Shown here piece by piece: positions 27,416 through 37,361 of a stretch of 64,000 bases of DNA. Made by a program: the position numbers and the translations under genes. The notes under the pieces were generated by a model. That model saw only the letters and a list, made by a program, of their open reading frames with translations. It did not search any database and had not been told where the DNA came from. Source of the DNA: a virus. The number at the start of each line of letters is the position of its first letter. Position 1 is the stretch's first letter. Location: positions 5,157-69,156 of IMG/VR virus record IMGVR_UViG_3300027798_000038; one strand, written 5' to 3'.

Positions 27416-30029
27416 GTTGTTGTTTTAACCAATCAAAGTCATTTATCTTTGATAACATTTCCGGACTATCTTTATTTTCTTCACCGTATTTTCTACCAGC
27501 AATTGCACCCCTAATTGCATCTTGCGCATACTTACCTTCAGCAACAGTACACCAAATATCTAATCGTTCTATAGTTTCTGTACTGTCTTGTCTATTAATA
27601 ATTTTACTAGATAATTTTACACACTCTCTAAATGCTGAACGCCATGTAGCAAAAGAATCAGTATTAAATGCCGTAATATTACTAACCTCTGGCATTGATT
27701 TAAACCTAGAACTAATTGATGTTGTCATATCTGTAGAACCCACATCCATAGATAAAGTGAGGTCCCTTGGTAATAGTTTAACACCTCCGTACCCGTATGT
27801 CAAGTCATTTAATGGATTCTGACTCTGCCAAACGTGAACAATATCTCGTTCATATCTTGATATGACATATGTAAAATCAAAGGTAGGAATTACAATAGCA
27901 TCACCGTCAACTACCCAAAACATTTCAGTTGTTGCAATTTCTGCCGCCTTAATGTGTGCTTGATGTATTCCCTTGACTCCGTGAACTCGTTTAGCGTTAG
28001 GAAACCTTAATTGCAATTCTTGAAAATTCTTGTCAGCTGTTGGCTCGTTATAACTAATAAACACAATATCGTACAATCTGTTTTGAGATACTATCCCTGC
28101 ATGTTCTTTTTTAGAAATTAAAAATCTAAAATCAATTTCTTTTTTTGTCACTACTTGAGCTGTCGACATTAGCATAATTCCGTTATAATTTGTTTCATTA
28201 CGGAACTTGTTTTCAAAAACATGATTTATATTTCTATCAAATTCATATTTTCCATCGTTAGGATCAAAGTACAAATCAAACACTGTGGTGTCTGTGATTT
28301 CTATTTCAGACCAATTTACCCAGAACATTTTTTGTGTTTCGGTAGATAAAATGTCTTTGTATTCTTCATATGAAGAAATTGTATATTGCGGGTAGCGATA
28401 TCTACTGGCTACAACATCATGTTCTTTTTTATCAATTAAAAACTTTCTAGAAAATTCTTTTTTTGATAAAGTTTTATTTTTAGAACATAAAATAATTCCA
28501 CCAAGATATGATTCTTTTTCATTGCAGAGATTTTTGAAAACGTGATTCATTTCACGATCAAAATCATATTTTCCATCGTTAGGATCAAAGTACAAATCAA
28601 ATACACTATTGTCAATAACATGTGTTTCAGGCCACAATAGCCAGAACATTTTTTGTGTTTCGTTAGCTAGTATATCTTCGTATTCTTCAAAAGAGGAAAC
28701 GGTGTATCTTGGATAACGATATCTACTGGCCACAACATCATGCTCTTTTTTATCAATTAAAAACTTTCTAGAAAATTCTTTTTTTGATAAAGTTTTATTT
28801 TTAGAACATAACACTACACCAGAAAGATATGATTCAACTTTATCGCAGGCGTTTTTAAAAACATGATTCATATCTCGATCAAAATCATATTTTCCGTCAT
28901 TGGGATCAAAGTATAAATCAAATACTGTGTTATCAATAACTTCTATATCCGACCATACAATCCAAAACATTTTTTGTTTTTCGTTAGCCAATATCTCTTC
29001 GTATTCTTCATACGATGCAACATTATATTTTGGATATCGATACCTACTGGCCACAACATCATGTTCTTTTTTATCAACTAGATATCTCCGAGAAATTTCT
29101 CTGTTTGATAATGTTTTATTTTTGGAGCATAATACTATACCACTAAGATACGATGCAGTTTCATTACACATGTTTTTAAACACATGGTTTGTATCACGCT
29201 CGTATTGTTCGTGATATTCAAAATATAAGTCAAAGACAGTTTCGTCAATAATATCAACGCCGGCCCAAACGCACCAAAACATTTCTGTTTTTGCTGTTGC
29301 AAGTGCTGTTTGATAATCCTCGTAAGTATCTACAATAAATCTTTCATAATTGCAAGGACCACTTGCTACAATATCCCATTCTTTTCTTGCAATAGGAAAA
29401 CGATAATTAATTTCTTTTTTAGATAGCGGTAAATGTGTGCTGCACAAAAATACACCATTATAAAAATTTTTATTATTAACTCGATGCACAAATGCATGAT
29501 TTTGTGTTCGGTCAAATGCGTTTAATTGTTTAAAATATAGATCAAATTTAAACGTGTCTACGTGTTTAAGATTGTGCGAAGACATCCAAAATAGCTCAGT
29601 GGTGCTAGTCTCTAATGCATTGAGATATTCTTCATGGGTATCTATATAAAATATATCGTACGGCTTAGGTGTTGTTGCTACTATGTCGATTTCTTTTCGA
29701 TTTATAAAATATCTGCTGTCAAACTCTCGCTTTGATATTTCAGAGACTTTGGGAAACAAGCAAAGCCCTTCTTCTTTGAAATCCCCGTTTTTAAATGTAT
29801 GGATATACATGTTATCCCATTCTGTAGCCGAATAAGATTGCAGGTCAAAATCTTTAGATAACACCATGTTATCCCAAATAACCCAAAACATTTTTGTAAA
29901 TGCTTTTTTCTTTATCTGGTCAAACGATGTTGTATTTCGAAGTTGTTGAGCCGTAGGATAGCGAGACTTAAAATTTAACCAATTTTCAGTATCGAAAGAA
30001 ACGGTAGAAATGTAAAATATATCATACAT
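27405..30029 (-). CDS. Multi-repeat GT-A-like protein (degenerate repeats plus a C-terminal DxD domain)
   Basis: About six related ~107-aa modules followed by YDIVFISYNEP...FWVVDGDA...YGYGGVKL...WRSAFRECVKL. Confidence 0.65.
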   Translation of the reverse strand: MYDIFYISTVSFDTENWLNFKSRYPTAQQLRNTTSFDQIKKKAFTKMFWVIWDNMVLSKDFDLQSYSATEWDNMYIHTFKNGDFKEEGLCLFPKVSEISKREFDSRYFINRKEIDIVATTPKPYDIFYIDTHEEYLNALETSTTELFWMSSHNLKHVDTFKFDLYFKQLNAFDRTQNHAFVHRVNNKNFYNGVFLCSTHLPLSKKEINYRFPIARKEWDIVASGPCNYERFIVDTYEDYQTALATAKTEMFWCVWAGVDIIDETVFDLYFEYHEQYERDTNHVFKNMCNETASYLSGIVLCSKNKTLSNREISRRYLVDKKEHDVVASRYRYPKYNVASYEEYEEILANEKQKMFWIVWSDIEVIDNTVFDLYFDPNDGKYDFDRDMNHVFKNACDKVESYLSGVVLCSKNKTLSKKEFSRKFLIDKKEHDVVASRYRYPRYTVSSFEEYEDILANETQKMFWLLWPETHVIDNSVFDLYFDPNDGKYDFDREMNHVFKNLCNEKESYLGGIILCSKNKTLSKKEFSRKFLIDKKEHDVVASRYRYPQYTISSYEEYKDILSTETQKMFWVNWSEIEITDTTVFDLYFDPNDGKYEFDRNINHVFENKFRNETNYNGIMLMSTAQVVTKKEIDFRFLISKKEHAGIVSQNRLYDIVFISYNEPTADKNFQELQLRFPNAKRVHGVKGIHQAHIKAAEIATTEMFWVVDGDAIVIPTFDFTYVISRYERDIVHVWQSQNPLNDLTYGYGGVKLLPRDLTLSMDVGSTDMTTSISSRFKSMPEVSNITAFNTDSFATWRSAFRECVKLSSKIINRQDSTETIERLDIWCTVAEGKYAQDAIRGAIAGRKYGEENKDSPEMLSKINDFDWLKQQHEI
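28090..29370 (-). repeat. Intragenic tandem repeat with 321-bp period (boundaries approximate)
   Basis: GGATCAAAG anchor at 28261, 28582 and 28903; peptide FDLYFDPNDGKYDFDR recurs. Confidence 0.85.
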
Positions 30030-30930
30030 TTTCTGGCATTCTATAATAGGTTGCGTTTAAATTTAACGTTTCGTTATATAAGTCGTATGTGTATTTGCTT
30101 TGATCAGCATCCATGTATACCCAATGTAATCCTAGTTTATATTTTAATTCATTGCCATAATGTTTAACTAATTCAATAATTTTGTCTTGATCGTTTTCTA
30201 TTGATTTAATTTCTTCGTTATAGATATTTCGAAGAACTTCAAAATCTCGAACTTGTACATAGTCCCAATCAGTGCAATTGGTCATATATGTTCCGTGCCT
30301 AGCACCAAGTACAGCGTATATTCCGTTTTCTTCGTGTGCGCCGACCGTACTCCACATACGCAGTCTATGAATATTGTGCCACCATATGCGTTCTTGAATC
30401 TCAGATGGCAGAACTTTAACACCGTCAAGTAATGTCATTTTGACGCCTTCACGGAATCCAGCTCGCCATGCGTGGAACGGGCTGGATGTAACATGGCTAT
30501 CACTAAAGCTCATAGGAAAGTTTTTGTACCCATCTTCCCAACAAAAGTCAACCTGGCCTCTATCGCTATCAGAATTTTCATGTGTTTTCATATTCAACAC
30601 AAACTCTTTTTTCCAAATTTTTAATCCGCCGTTTCCGTATCGCAATCCGTTAATTACGTTGCGGCCACACCATCCATAAACTTGTATCTTAGGATCGGTC
30701 ATTTCGAGATCTAAATTAAAAAATTTAGGATCTACAATGTTGTCAGCATCAACAGTTACAAACCAATCTGTTTCACTTAAATTAGCAGCAGCCTTGTGAG
30801 CATGGTCACTACCTTTAACTCCATGAACACGCTTGGCCCAAGGCACCTTGGCACACAGATCTGCATAGTTTAAATCTGCATTGGGTTCATCGTAACTAAG
30901 AAATATTACGTCAAATTCTATTACTTTCAT
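30022..30930 (-). CDS. GT-A-like glycosyltransferase (single-domain paralog of the upstream-listed repeat protein)
   Basis: FDVIFLSYDEP, KRVHGVKG, WFVTVDADN, YGNGGLK, AWRAGFREGVKM. Confidence 0.65.
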   Translation of the reverse strand: MKVIEFDVIFLSYDEPNADLNYADLCAKVPWAKRVHGVKGSDHAHKAAANLSETDWFVTVDADNIVDPKFFNLDLEMTDPKIQVYGWCGRNVINGLRYGNGGLKIWKKEFVLNMKTHENSDSDRGQVDFCWEDGYKNFPMSFSDSHVTSSPFHAWRAGFREGVKMTLLDGVKVLPSEIQERIWWHNIHRLRMWSTVGAHEENGIYAVLGARHGTYMTNCTDWDYVQVRDFEVLRNIYNEEIKSIENDQDKIIELVKHYGNELKYKLGLHWVYMDADQSKYTYDLYNETLNLNATYYRMPENV

Positions 30931-31508
30931 TTTTTGTCAAATAGGTAAACAGGAAATAATCTTTTTGTATAGATACTAAATTTTTTATCAAGATTTAAAT
31001 CTTTAAAAATTTGTTTGTTTTTAATCAAGTCACTAATAGAAAACTTAATTGTGTGTTTAACAATATTAGGGTCGTTATATTCTGTGATGAGGAACGACAT
31101 TTCAGTATTTTCGGCCCAGTGTATTTTACGTGTTTTATATTTTTTTGATATCATAAAAGTCAACGAATTGTCTTTTTGAGTTACTAACACATCCGGCTCT
31201 AATAATTCAGCATACATGCGATCCATGATTCTATGTAACACATCATCAATTTTTGTTAATCGTTTTATTTCGGCAATTTCAAACGAGCCCGATGCAATGT
31301 CAACAAAACAAGAATTTAAACTCACCTTTCCTTCGTTGATCAAATGAGCAGTCTCGACATCTACCGAAACAAAATTTTCTGTATCAGGCAATGCAGTTGA
31401 TGGATACAGCCCTGTTACTTCACCAGTGGTAGTATCAAACATTGCATAATATTTTATTTCAGGTGGTTTATAATTTGCCAACCATTCGTCAAAGTCTATT
31501 TCTGCCAT
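30927..31508 (-). CDS. Hypothetical protein
   Basis: 193-aa ORF overlapping both neighbours. Confidence 0.7.
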   Translation of the reverse strand: MAEIDFDEWLANYKPPEIKYYAMFDTTTGEVTGLYPSTALPDTENFVSVDVETAHLINEGKVSLNSCFVDIASGSFEIAEIKRLTKIDDVLHRIMDRMYAELLEPDVLVTQKDNSLTFMISKKYKTRKIHWAENTEMSFLITEYNDPNIVKHTIKFSISDLIKNKQIFKDLNLDKKFSIYTKRLFPVYLFDKK

Positions 31509-32335
31509 AATTTTTCTTCCTGTAAGCTGATTATTTCTTCGGTAATCAGTTGTTTTTCTACATAATGCACAATGTCTGTTTGTTTAAAATTTCCAATTTT
31601 AATTTCGTTGTCAACGTTAAAATAAAATCCCACATGATCAGTCCATTGGTTAGACGGCCATGGCCAATTTTGAACCATTGGTTTCATATGTACAACTTTT
31701 GGAAAATCTAATTTGTATGCAATTACATCAACAATATCTAAAATCTTTGCAGATAAAGCAAATGCTTCATCAGTACCAATGACCTTGGGTTTAAAATGTA
31801 GACAAAATATATTTTTAAATTCTGTTGGATTTTTAAGAATATGTCTACCTAGAGTAAAGAATTCTTTAGCTAACTCTGAATCCTTTTTAAAGAATGTATA
31901 AAAAGAATATAAGTTAGGTAACAAGTTTTTTGTAAATGCTGTACGATAAAAGTCGTTAGTTACCATTTCTCCACGATATGTAAATGCATTGTTAGCAACA
32001 TACAACTCGCTGTTTTCAATAAAATATTTTGCCCAATGACTAACATCACGAGTAAACAACATATCAGCATCAAGACAAATAGTATTATCAAATGGGGTTA
32101 ACTGATCCATCCAACTACGCCCATCCCATCCTGCTTCTTTGTCCCACTCAATGACGTGATCAAATACCCATTTTGATTTTAAACCTTCAGTTGCTTCAAT
32201 ATCATTAGTAACTAATGCTACATTGTTATAACCGTCTGGTTGTGTATTTTTAATACTAAGTGCTAATGAATACGCTAATTTAGTGTAGTTTATATCGTCG
32301 TTTTTTGCAACAATAATTAAATATCCGAAGCTCAT
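31496..32335 (-). CDS. GT-A glycosyltransferase (GT8-like)
   Basis: TPFDNTICLDADMLF, GTDEAFAL, late His residues. Confidence 0.72.
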   Translation of the reverse strand: MSFGYLIIVAKNDDINYTKLAYSLALSIKNTQPDGYNNVALVTNDIEATEGLKSKWVFDHVIEWDKEAGWDGRSWMDQLTPFDNTICLDADMLFTRDVSHWAKYFIENSELYVANNAFTYRGEMVTNDFYRTAFTKNLLPNLYSFYTFFKKDSELAKEFFTLGRHILKNPTEFKNIFCLHFKPKVIGTDEAFALSAKILDIVDVIAYKLDFPKVVHMKPMVQNWPWPSNQWTDHVGFYFNVDNEIKIGNFKQTDIVHYVEKQLITEEIISLQEEKLWQK

Positions 32336-33192
32336 ATTAACTCCAATAATTTATCTTTGTTTCGTACAATACTTTGTTTATTCATCACGTGTACATCTTG
32401 ATCTTTAATCGAGCATGCTGTAAATTTTTCTTCTTTTAACTTGTCAGAAATAAGAAATACTAATCTACCATCTTTAATGTCAAACAACATATCAGTATCT
32501 ACTACTGTTAACAACGGTGGTAACGTGTTCAAAAAGTTTGTTTCAAATCCATCAAGAAAATGTTTTGCTACGCTAAACGCAATATCATTACGATATTGGC
32601 GAGAATCAAATCTATAGATATCACTATATTGATTGTAGTTGTCTCTAATATATTTTACTAAATCAAAAAATGTTTTGCTTTCTTGATTTTTGGTAAACAT
32701 AACGTTGGTTGCCCAAAATAAATGAACGCCAGTTTCGGAAACATTCTTATCTAAAAATCCAATTCTATCTCCTTGGATATCATTCATAGATTTAGAAATT
32801 AATAAACTATCTTCCATGTCCCAATAGTTATTGAGTTGATCTGAAAAAATCAAGTAGTCACAATCTAATAATAATGTTTGATCATATGGGGTTAAATCCC
32901 AAGCAGATGCCCTACCGGCATTTAAAAAAGGAACAGTTTTAGATTCTGTACCGTCATTTAACCGGCGAGTATTTGTAGTCGGCGGACGTTCAATTGATAT
33001 AATTTTTTCAAATACAGAATTGGCTTTATCCCATATTTGTGACTCTTTCATCCAAGCAATCGTAGACATGTCTGTTACAAGAGTTAACGGGATTTCAAGA
33101 TGTTTTTTTGCAAGACCGCCCGAAATTACTGCTAATAATGCGTAATCAACATCTCGACTATTGTGAGCAAATATTAGGCCGCCGCGATTCAT
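32332..33192 (-). CDS. GT-A glycosyltransferase (GT8-like)
   Basis: TPYDQTLLLDCDYL, RNDIAFS, VHVMNK. Confidence 0.72.
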   Translation of the reverse strand: MNRGGLIFAHNSRDVDYALLAVISGGLAKKHLEIPLTLVTDMSTIAWMKESQIWDKANSVFEKIISIERPPTTNTRRLNDGTESKTVPFLNAGRASAWDLTPYDQTLLLDCDYLIFSDQLNNYWDMEDSLLISKSMNDIQGDRIGFLDKNVSETGVHLFWATNVMFTKNQESKTFFDLVKYIRDNYNQYSDIYRFDSRQYRNDIAFSVAKHFLDGFETNFLNTLPPLLTVVDTDMLFDIKDGRLVFLISDKLKEEKFTACSIKDQDVHVMNKQSIVRNKDKLLELI

Positions 33193-33539
33193 AAATCAAC
33201 CAATGCTTCCACAGATCTACTTTTTTTAATTTTTTCGTATTCTTCATAATACTCGTAAGTAGCTGTAAAATATCTATCTAATATTTCGTCTTTAAAAGAA
33301 ACAAGATCTTCAATTAAAATAGGATTTTCGTTTGCATCAATAATAGGCACACGCACGGTTCTTTCTTGACTAATCAAAAATTGTACAAATGCTATTAGTG
33401 TTTGATTGATTTTAAAGATGCCGCCGTTGTGACCAAATGTTAATTTGCCGTCAATGCGTTCTTTTAAAGTCTTGCGTTGTATTGCAAGTGTTTGTTTGTA
33501 ATTGGAAAAATCTAAAGCGTTAGTTAACAGAGCTTCCAT
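33189..33539 (-). CDS. Hypothetical protein, first gene of the GT/radical SAM operon
   Basis: SD AGGAG; 116 aa. Confidence 0.75.
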   Translation of the reverse strand: MEALLTNALDFSNYKQTLAIQRKTLKERIDGKLTFGHNGGIFKINQTLIAFVQFLISQERTVRVPIIDANENPILIEDLVSFKDEILDRYFTATYEYYEEYEKIKKSRSVEALVDL

Positions 33540-33547
33540 TGTTTACT

Positions 33548-33588
33548 CCTATAATATAGTCAGTTTATTTATGTGACCATATTACAGG
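33548..33588 (-). promoter_or_regulatory. 15-bp hairpin with a late promoter in the loop and the SD in the 3' arm
   Basis: - strand CCUGUAAUAUGGUCA-CAUAAAUAAAC-UGACUAUAUUAUAGG with two G-U pairs. Confidence 0.75.
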
Positions 33589-33600
33589 GCGGAAATTTTT

Positions 33601-34521
33601 TTAAACGCCTGTTATTGAAATTGTACCGTAAATTGGAGAAGGAATTGAAAAAGAATTAGCAGTTAGGTCTGGGTACAATGCACCAACTGCTCGAAGTTGA
33701 CTTATGGTTAATGCCATTGTTCCCTGAACAGTACCGTCTGGCGGATTAAAGTTAGGAGGGTATCCAGCAAGTATGTCCGGATCCACATATCCGTCAGTCC
33801 AAACTACTGTGAATGTAATGACTGTTGCTCCGCCGGATGCATTAGACGGAATATTACAACTAGCTCTTAATGATATATTATTACTTGTGTAAGTAGATGA
33901 CGATATCGAATAAAAGGTTTGAGGTGAGTTGGTTAACGAATAAAAATTTGTAGACGGAGAATTGCCACCAAAAGTAACAGTTCCCATATTACTTGCCAAT
34001 GTTTGCCAAGCATTATTTTGGGCATTACTAACCCTGGGGGTGAATGCGGATGCAAATCTAATCTTGCCGCCTGTGTTAAAGAAATGCCTAGCTGCGTCGC
34101 CTGTTGTAAAAGTTACTGTAAACGATGTTGAAATTGAGTTTTGCCAAGTTGGAGTATATGATGCTGTGCCTTTAGTTTCTGTAGCATACTGCCCGTTTCC
34201 CAAATCAAATCTATTTGTGTTAGCTTGATTTGCCAAGGTAAGATACTGAAAATTAGGTTGAGCTGCTCCGTAAGAAATTACATCGCCTTCATTGATTGTA
34301 ACAATACTTGGTACCGCTCCGCTTTGATGTACAATAGCATTAACTATGTCAAAGCGGAGTCTGTCCCATTGACTTTTAGATACAGAATCTCCAAGGACTG
34401 TAGTAGTGCTCAGTGCTGTTTGGCCGTACCCAGCTGTACCGGCGCCGTTGCCGAGAACAGGATTTATAATATTTCGTATATTATTATAATCCGGTACGCT
34501 GATTGTATCATGAACTGGCAT
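33601..34521 (-). CDS. Virion structural protein (paralog of 34551..35495)
   Basis: Ser/Thr/Gly/Asn-rich; shared GYGQ, QWD.LRFD, AR.F.N.GG.IRF motifs. Confidence 0.65.
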   Translation of the reverse strand: MPVHDTISVPDYNNIRNIINPVLGNGAGTAGYGQTALSTTTVLGDSVSKSQWDRLRFDIVNAIVHQSGAVPSIVTINEGDVISYGAAQPNFQYLTLANQANTNRFDLGNGQYATETKGTASYTPTWQNSISTSFTVTFTTGDAARHFFNTGGKIRFASAFTPRVSNAQNNAWQTLASNMGTVTFGGNSPSTNFYSLTNSPQTFYSISSSTYTSNNISLRASCNIPSNASGGATVITFTVVWTDGYVDPDILAGYPPNFNPPDGTVQGTMALTISQLRAVGALYPDLTANSFSIPSPIYGTISITGV

Positions 34522-34539
34522 TCTTATTCTCCAACTGAG

Positions 34540-34547
34540 TATTTAAG
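34540..34547 (-). promoter_or_regulatory. Late promoter-like TAAATA box
   Basis: Intergenic CTTAAATA on the - strand before the GGAG SD. Confidence 0.55.
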
Positions 34548-34550
34548 CAA

Positions 34551-35495
34551 TTAAGAAATGCTGGTTAATGAATATGATGACGGTGGAGTAATGGCAAACG
34601 ATCCGGGAATTAATGCTGGATACAATGCACCGGATGCACGGATTTCAGATACATTTAATGTTAACGTGCCGTCTACTTGATCGCCAGGAGCAGGCGTTCC
34701 CGGATCAACATATCCGTCCATCCAAACAATATTAAAATAAAAAATTCTTGCATTTCCTGCAGAATTAGCAACGTCTGACTTTACCTGTATAGAATATGTG
34801 TTGCTCTGGTATGGGTTTGAAGATGCACTTGTTTTCCAATTTTGGTAATTTGCTGTAAGATTATACGCTGTTAATCCAGCTGATGTGGCACTAAAATCAA
34901 TAGATCCTACCGAATCTAAAAGACTAGTCCATGATGTGTTTTGTGCAACTGATGCACCGCCAGTTCTTGCTGATAAAAATCTAATGCGGCCGCCGGAGTT
35001 CCAAAAATATCTTGCTTGATCGGCTGTGGTAAATGTTACTGTTAACGTGCAAGATAATGTGTTTGACCATGCTGATGTAAATGATCGGTTAGCTCTTGCT
35101 GTAACTATAGATTGACCAGGTGCTAATAAAAATCTATCTGTTCTAATTTGATCAGACATTGTATTGTATTGACTGTTTGGATGAGAAGCGCCATATCTAA
35201 TTGGATCTGTCGTTGAAACTTCTGTTAATACAGGAACAGTATCTAACTGATGCACACGAGCATTAATAAGATCAAACCTCAACGCATCCCATTGAGCTTT
35301 AGTAATTTGTCTTTTTGCTTTTTGTGCTAGTGTTTCAGTTGGTATTCCAATTGGCGGAGCATATTCTACAGTATCACTTATAAGATTTTGGCCGTATCCG
35401 TAAGATGCAGATCCAACTGCCATTACTTCTGCTATCTTAGCTCTAATGGTATTGTAATCTGATGCTTCAATAAATTGTCCTGCGCCTGCTGCCAT
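34551..35495 (-). CDS. Virion structural protein (paralog of 33601..34521)
   Basis: Same motif set; located in the tail-fibre operon. Confidence 0.65.
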   Translation of the reverse strand: MAAGAGQFIEASDYNTIRAKIAEVMAVGSASYGYGQNLISDTVEYAPPIGIPTETLAQKAKRQITKAQWDALRFDLINARVHQLDTVPVLTEVSTTDPIRYGASHPNSQYNTMSDQIRTDRFLLAPGQSIVTARANRSFTSAWSNTLSCTLTVTFTTADQARYFWNSGGRIRFLSARTGGASVAQNTSWTSLLDSVGSIDFSATSAGLTAYNLTANYQNWKTSASSNPYQSNTYSIQVKSDVANSAGNARIFYFNIVWMDGYVDPGTPAPGDQVDGTLTLNVSEIRASGALYPALIPGSFAITPPSSYSLTSIS

Positions 35496-35504
35496 GATTC
35501 TTCC

Positions 35505-37319
35505 TTATAATATAACTGCTTCAATAATTTTTTCTGATATATCGCTATTTGTTTCTAGAGCAATAGCAAATACATCGTTAGCGTGAGGAACTGCTCCGAC
35601 TGCACATCCGTTGTTAGAAGCAACTAATCGCTGACCCTTGGCTACTGCTCCAACTACTCTAACCGGAACACGACCTTTAAGAGCAACATATATGCCGCCT
35701 TCTAAGTCTTTGTTCATCATAAACGCTGGATTGGCCGAAACTACTCCGATAGCTCTATCACCGTACTTGCAGGCAGTAACTTCTTTTTCACCGCCAATAG
35801 TTAATACAGTTCCATCTGCATACTCAGTATCTGGTAGATATTTTTCAGCCAAGTCGGCGTATCTAGCTGCTGTAGCTGTACCTACAAATAATTCTGCTGT
35901 TAAGTAACCAGATACATCTCTTGCAGCAATGGTGTTTGCATCAGCAGCAGTTGATGTAGTTCTATACGATGCACCAACTTTTAACGAGTCAGCCTGCGTA
36001 GCTGGGCCAATAAAACTAGTGGCTTTAAGATTTCCGCTGGTATCTCTAATTGCAACTGTTGATGCAATTGCATTAATGTTTGGTGCATAACTAGCAATGG
36101 TATCTGCTGTCTGTGCAGATCCTCTAACGTCTCCATAAACGTCGCCATATACTACCGAGCGAGTTGCTAATGTGCCAAGCTGACCATAATAAATTTTACT
36201 TGCGGAATCGTATGCAACTGAGCCTGTTGAATCTTGAATGTTGCCGCGATGACTACCTGTGGTATTTCCAATCAAGTTTCCGTTAAATACCCCGTAGAAA
36301 TTTGAAGCATTTACTTCAGACCAAATTCTAGTTTTACCGCCATCAACTCCGCCTAATTTTAACGTAGCATTAGATGCTGGATACAATCCCGATGATCGAA
36401 TCTTGAGAACGTTTGCACTTTCATTTTCATTTAATCTTACTCTAAAAACAACAGGTGCAGCTACTTGTCGTTGTTCAATTACTACTTGATCCTCATCTCT
36501 TAACGGGTCTCCATTGATTGAAGCAAAAAACGGATCTTGACTTTCTTTATGTACTAATAACTCTTTTGCAGCACCTAGATAAAATCCGTTATCATTTTTA
36601 AACCAAACTTGTTCTTCAAAATTTAAATCGCCTTTTGTTAAAAACGACGATGCGGTAAGACCACCTAATTGAAGTGAGTTTGATGCAGTACCCCAAAAAT
36701 ATTGTTGTGACGTTGCTGATGTAATTCCAGTAGTTGCGTCTGTGTTAATTAAAGTTATGCCTTTCTTAACACGATTAAAACCAGTAATAGGATTAATGTT
36801 ACCAATAACAAAATCAACCTTGCTAACTATTGCAAGAGTTACGCCGCCAGCTTGTAATTCTACGATAGGAACAGGTGTTCCCAGCGTATCAACAATAGTT
36901 CTACCAACTGCTCCGCTGGCACCTGTGTCAGGAGTGGCTGCAGGTCCAATTAGTACAAAATTTGTTCCGGACCAAGTGTAAAGTTGTTTAGATGATTCGT
37001 TAAACCATAAATCGCCTGCTGCTAATTCACTAGGAGCATCTATGCTAACTACTGCGCCGCTGGCAACTTTGTATTTTACACCATCATAAAATTTTAATTT
37101 TTTACTGCTGCTATCATACCAAATTTGTCCGATTATGGATTTAGGTGGCTCAGATGTACCAGAAAAGTTTTGCAATAGATGTAGGAAATTTTCATTTTGA
37201 ATTTCCCCGTATCCAGCATAGTTCTTTCCTACAAATCTTAGATCTGTAGCGGTGTCAATAGTACCATCTTCTACTGTGGTTAAAATTGACCCGTTATAAT
37301 TGTTTACCTGATAAGCCAT
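35505..37319 (-). CDS. Tail fibre/spike with a C-terminal intramolecular chaperone-like domain
   Basis: Shared N-terminal module GKNYAGYGEIQNENFLHLL; C-terminal RYADLAEKY...VALKGRVPV. Confidence 0.75.
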   Translation of the reverse strand: MAYQVNNYNGSILTTVEDGTIDTATDLRFVGKNYAGYGEIQNENFLHLLQNFSGTSEPPKSIIGQIWYDSSSKKLKFYDGVKYKVASGAVVSIDAPSELAAGDLWFNESSKQLYTWSGTNFVLIGPAATPDTGASGAVGRTIVDTLGTPVPIVELQAGGVTLAIVSKVDFVIGNINPITGFNRVKKGITLINTDATTGITSATSQQYFWGTASNSLQLGGLTASSFLTKGDLNFEEQVWFKNDNGFYLGAAKELLVHKESQDPFFASINGDPLRDEDQVVIEQRQVAAPVVFRVRLNENESANVLKIRSSGLYPASNATLKLGGVDGGKTRIWSEVNASNFYGVFNGNLIGNTTGSHRGNIQDSTGSVAYDSASKIYYGQLGTLATRSVVYGDVYGDVRGSAQTADTIASYAPNINAIASTVAIRDTSGNLKATSFIGPATQADSLKVGASYRTTSTAADANTIAARDVSGYLTAELFVGTATAARYADLAEKYLPDTEYADGTVLTIGGEKEVTACKYGDRAIGVVSANPAFMMNKDLEGGIYVALKGRVPVRVVGAVAKGQRLVASNNGCAVGAVPHANDVFAIALETNSDISEKIIEAVIL

Positions 37320-37342
37320 TGCTCTGCTCCATAATCTATTGT

Positions 37343-37350
37343 TATTTATC
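37343..37350 (-). promoter_or_regulatory. Late promoter-like box
   Basis: Intergenic GATAAATA on the - strand. Confidence 0.6.
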
Positions 37351-37361
37351 TGTACTTTTTT

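Noticed and set aside
28090-29370. CRISPR array or DGR template/variable repeat
   Set aside because: The repeats are in-frame 321-bp coding units without spacers, differences are not adenine-specific, and no reverse transcriptase or cas gene is in the window
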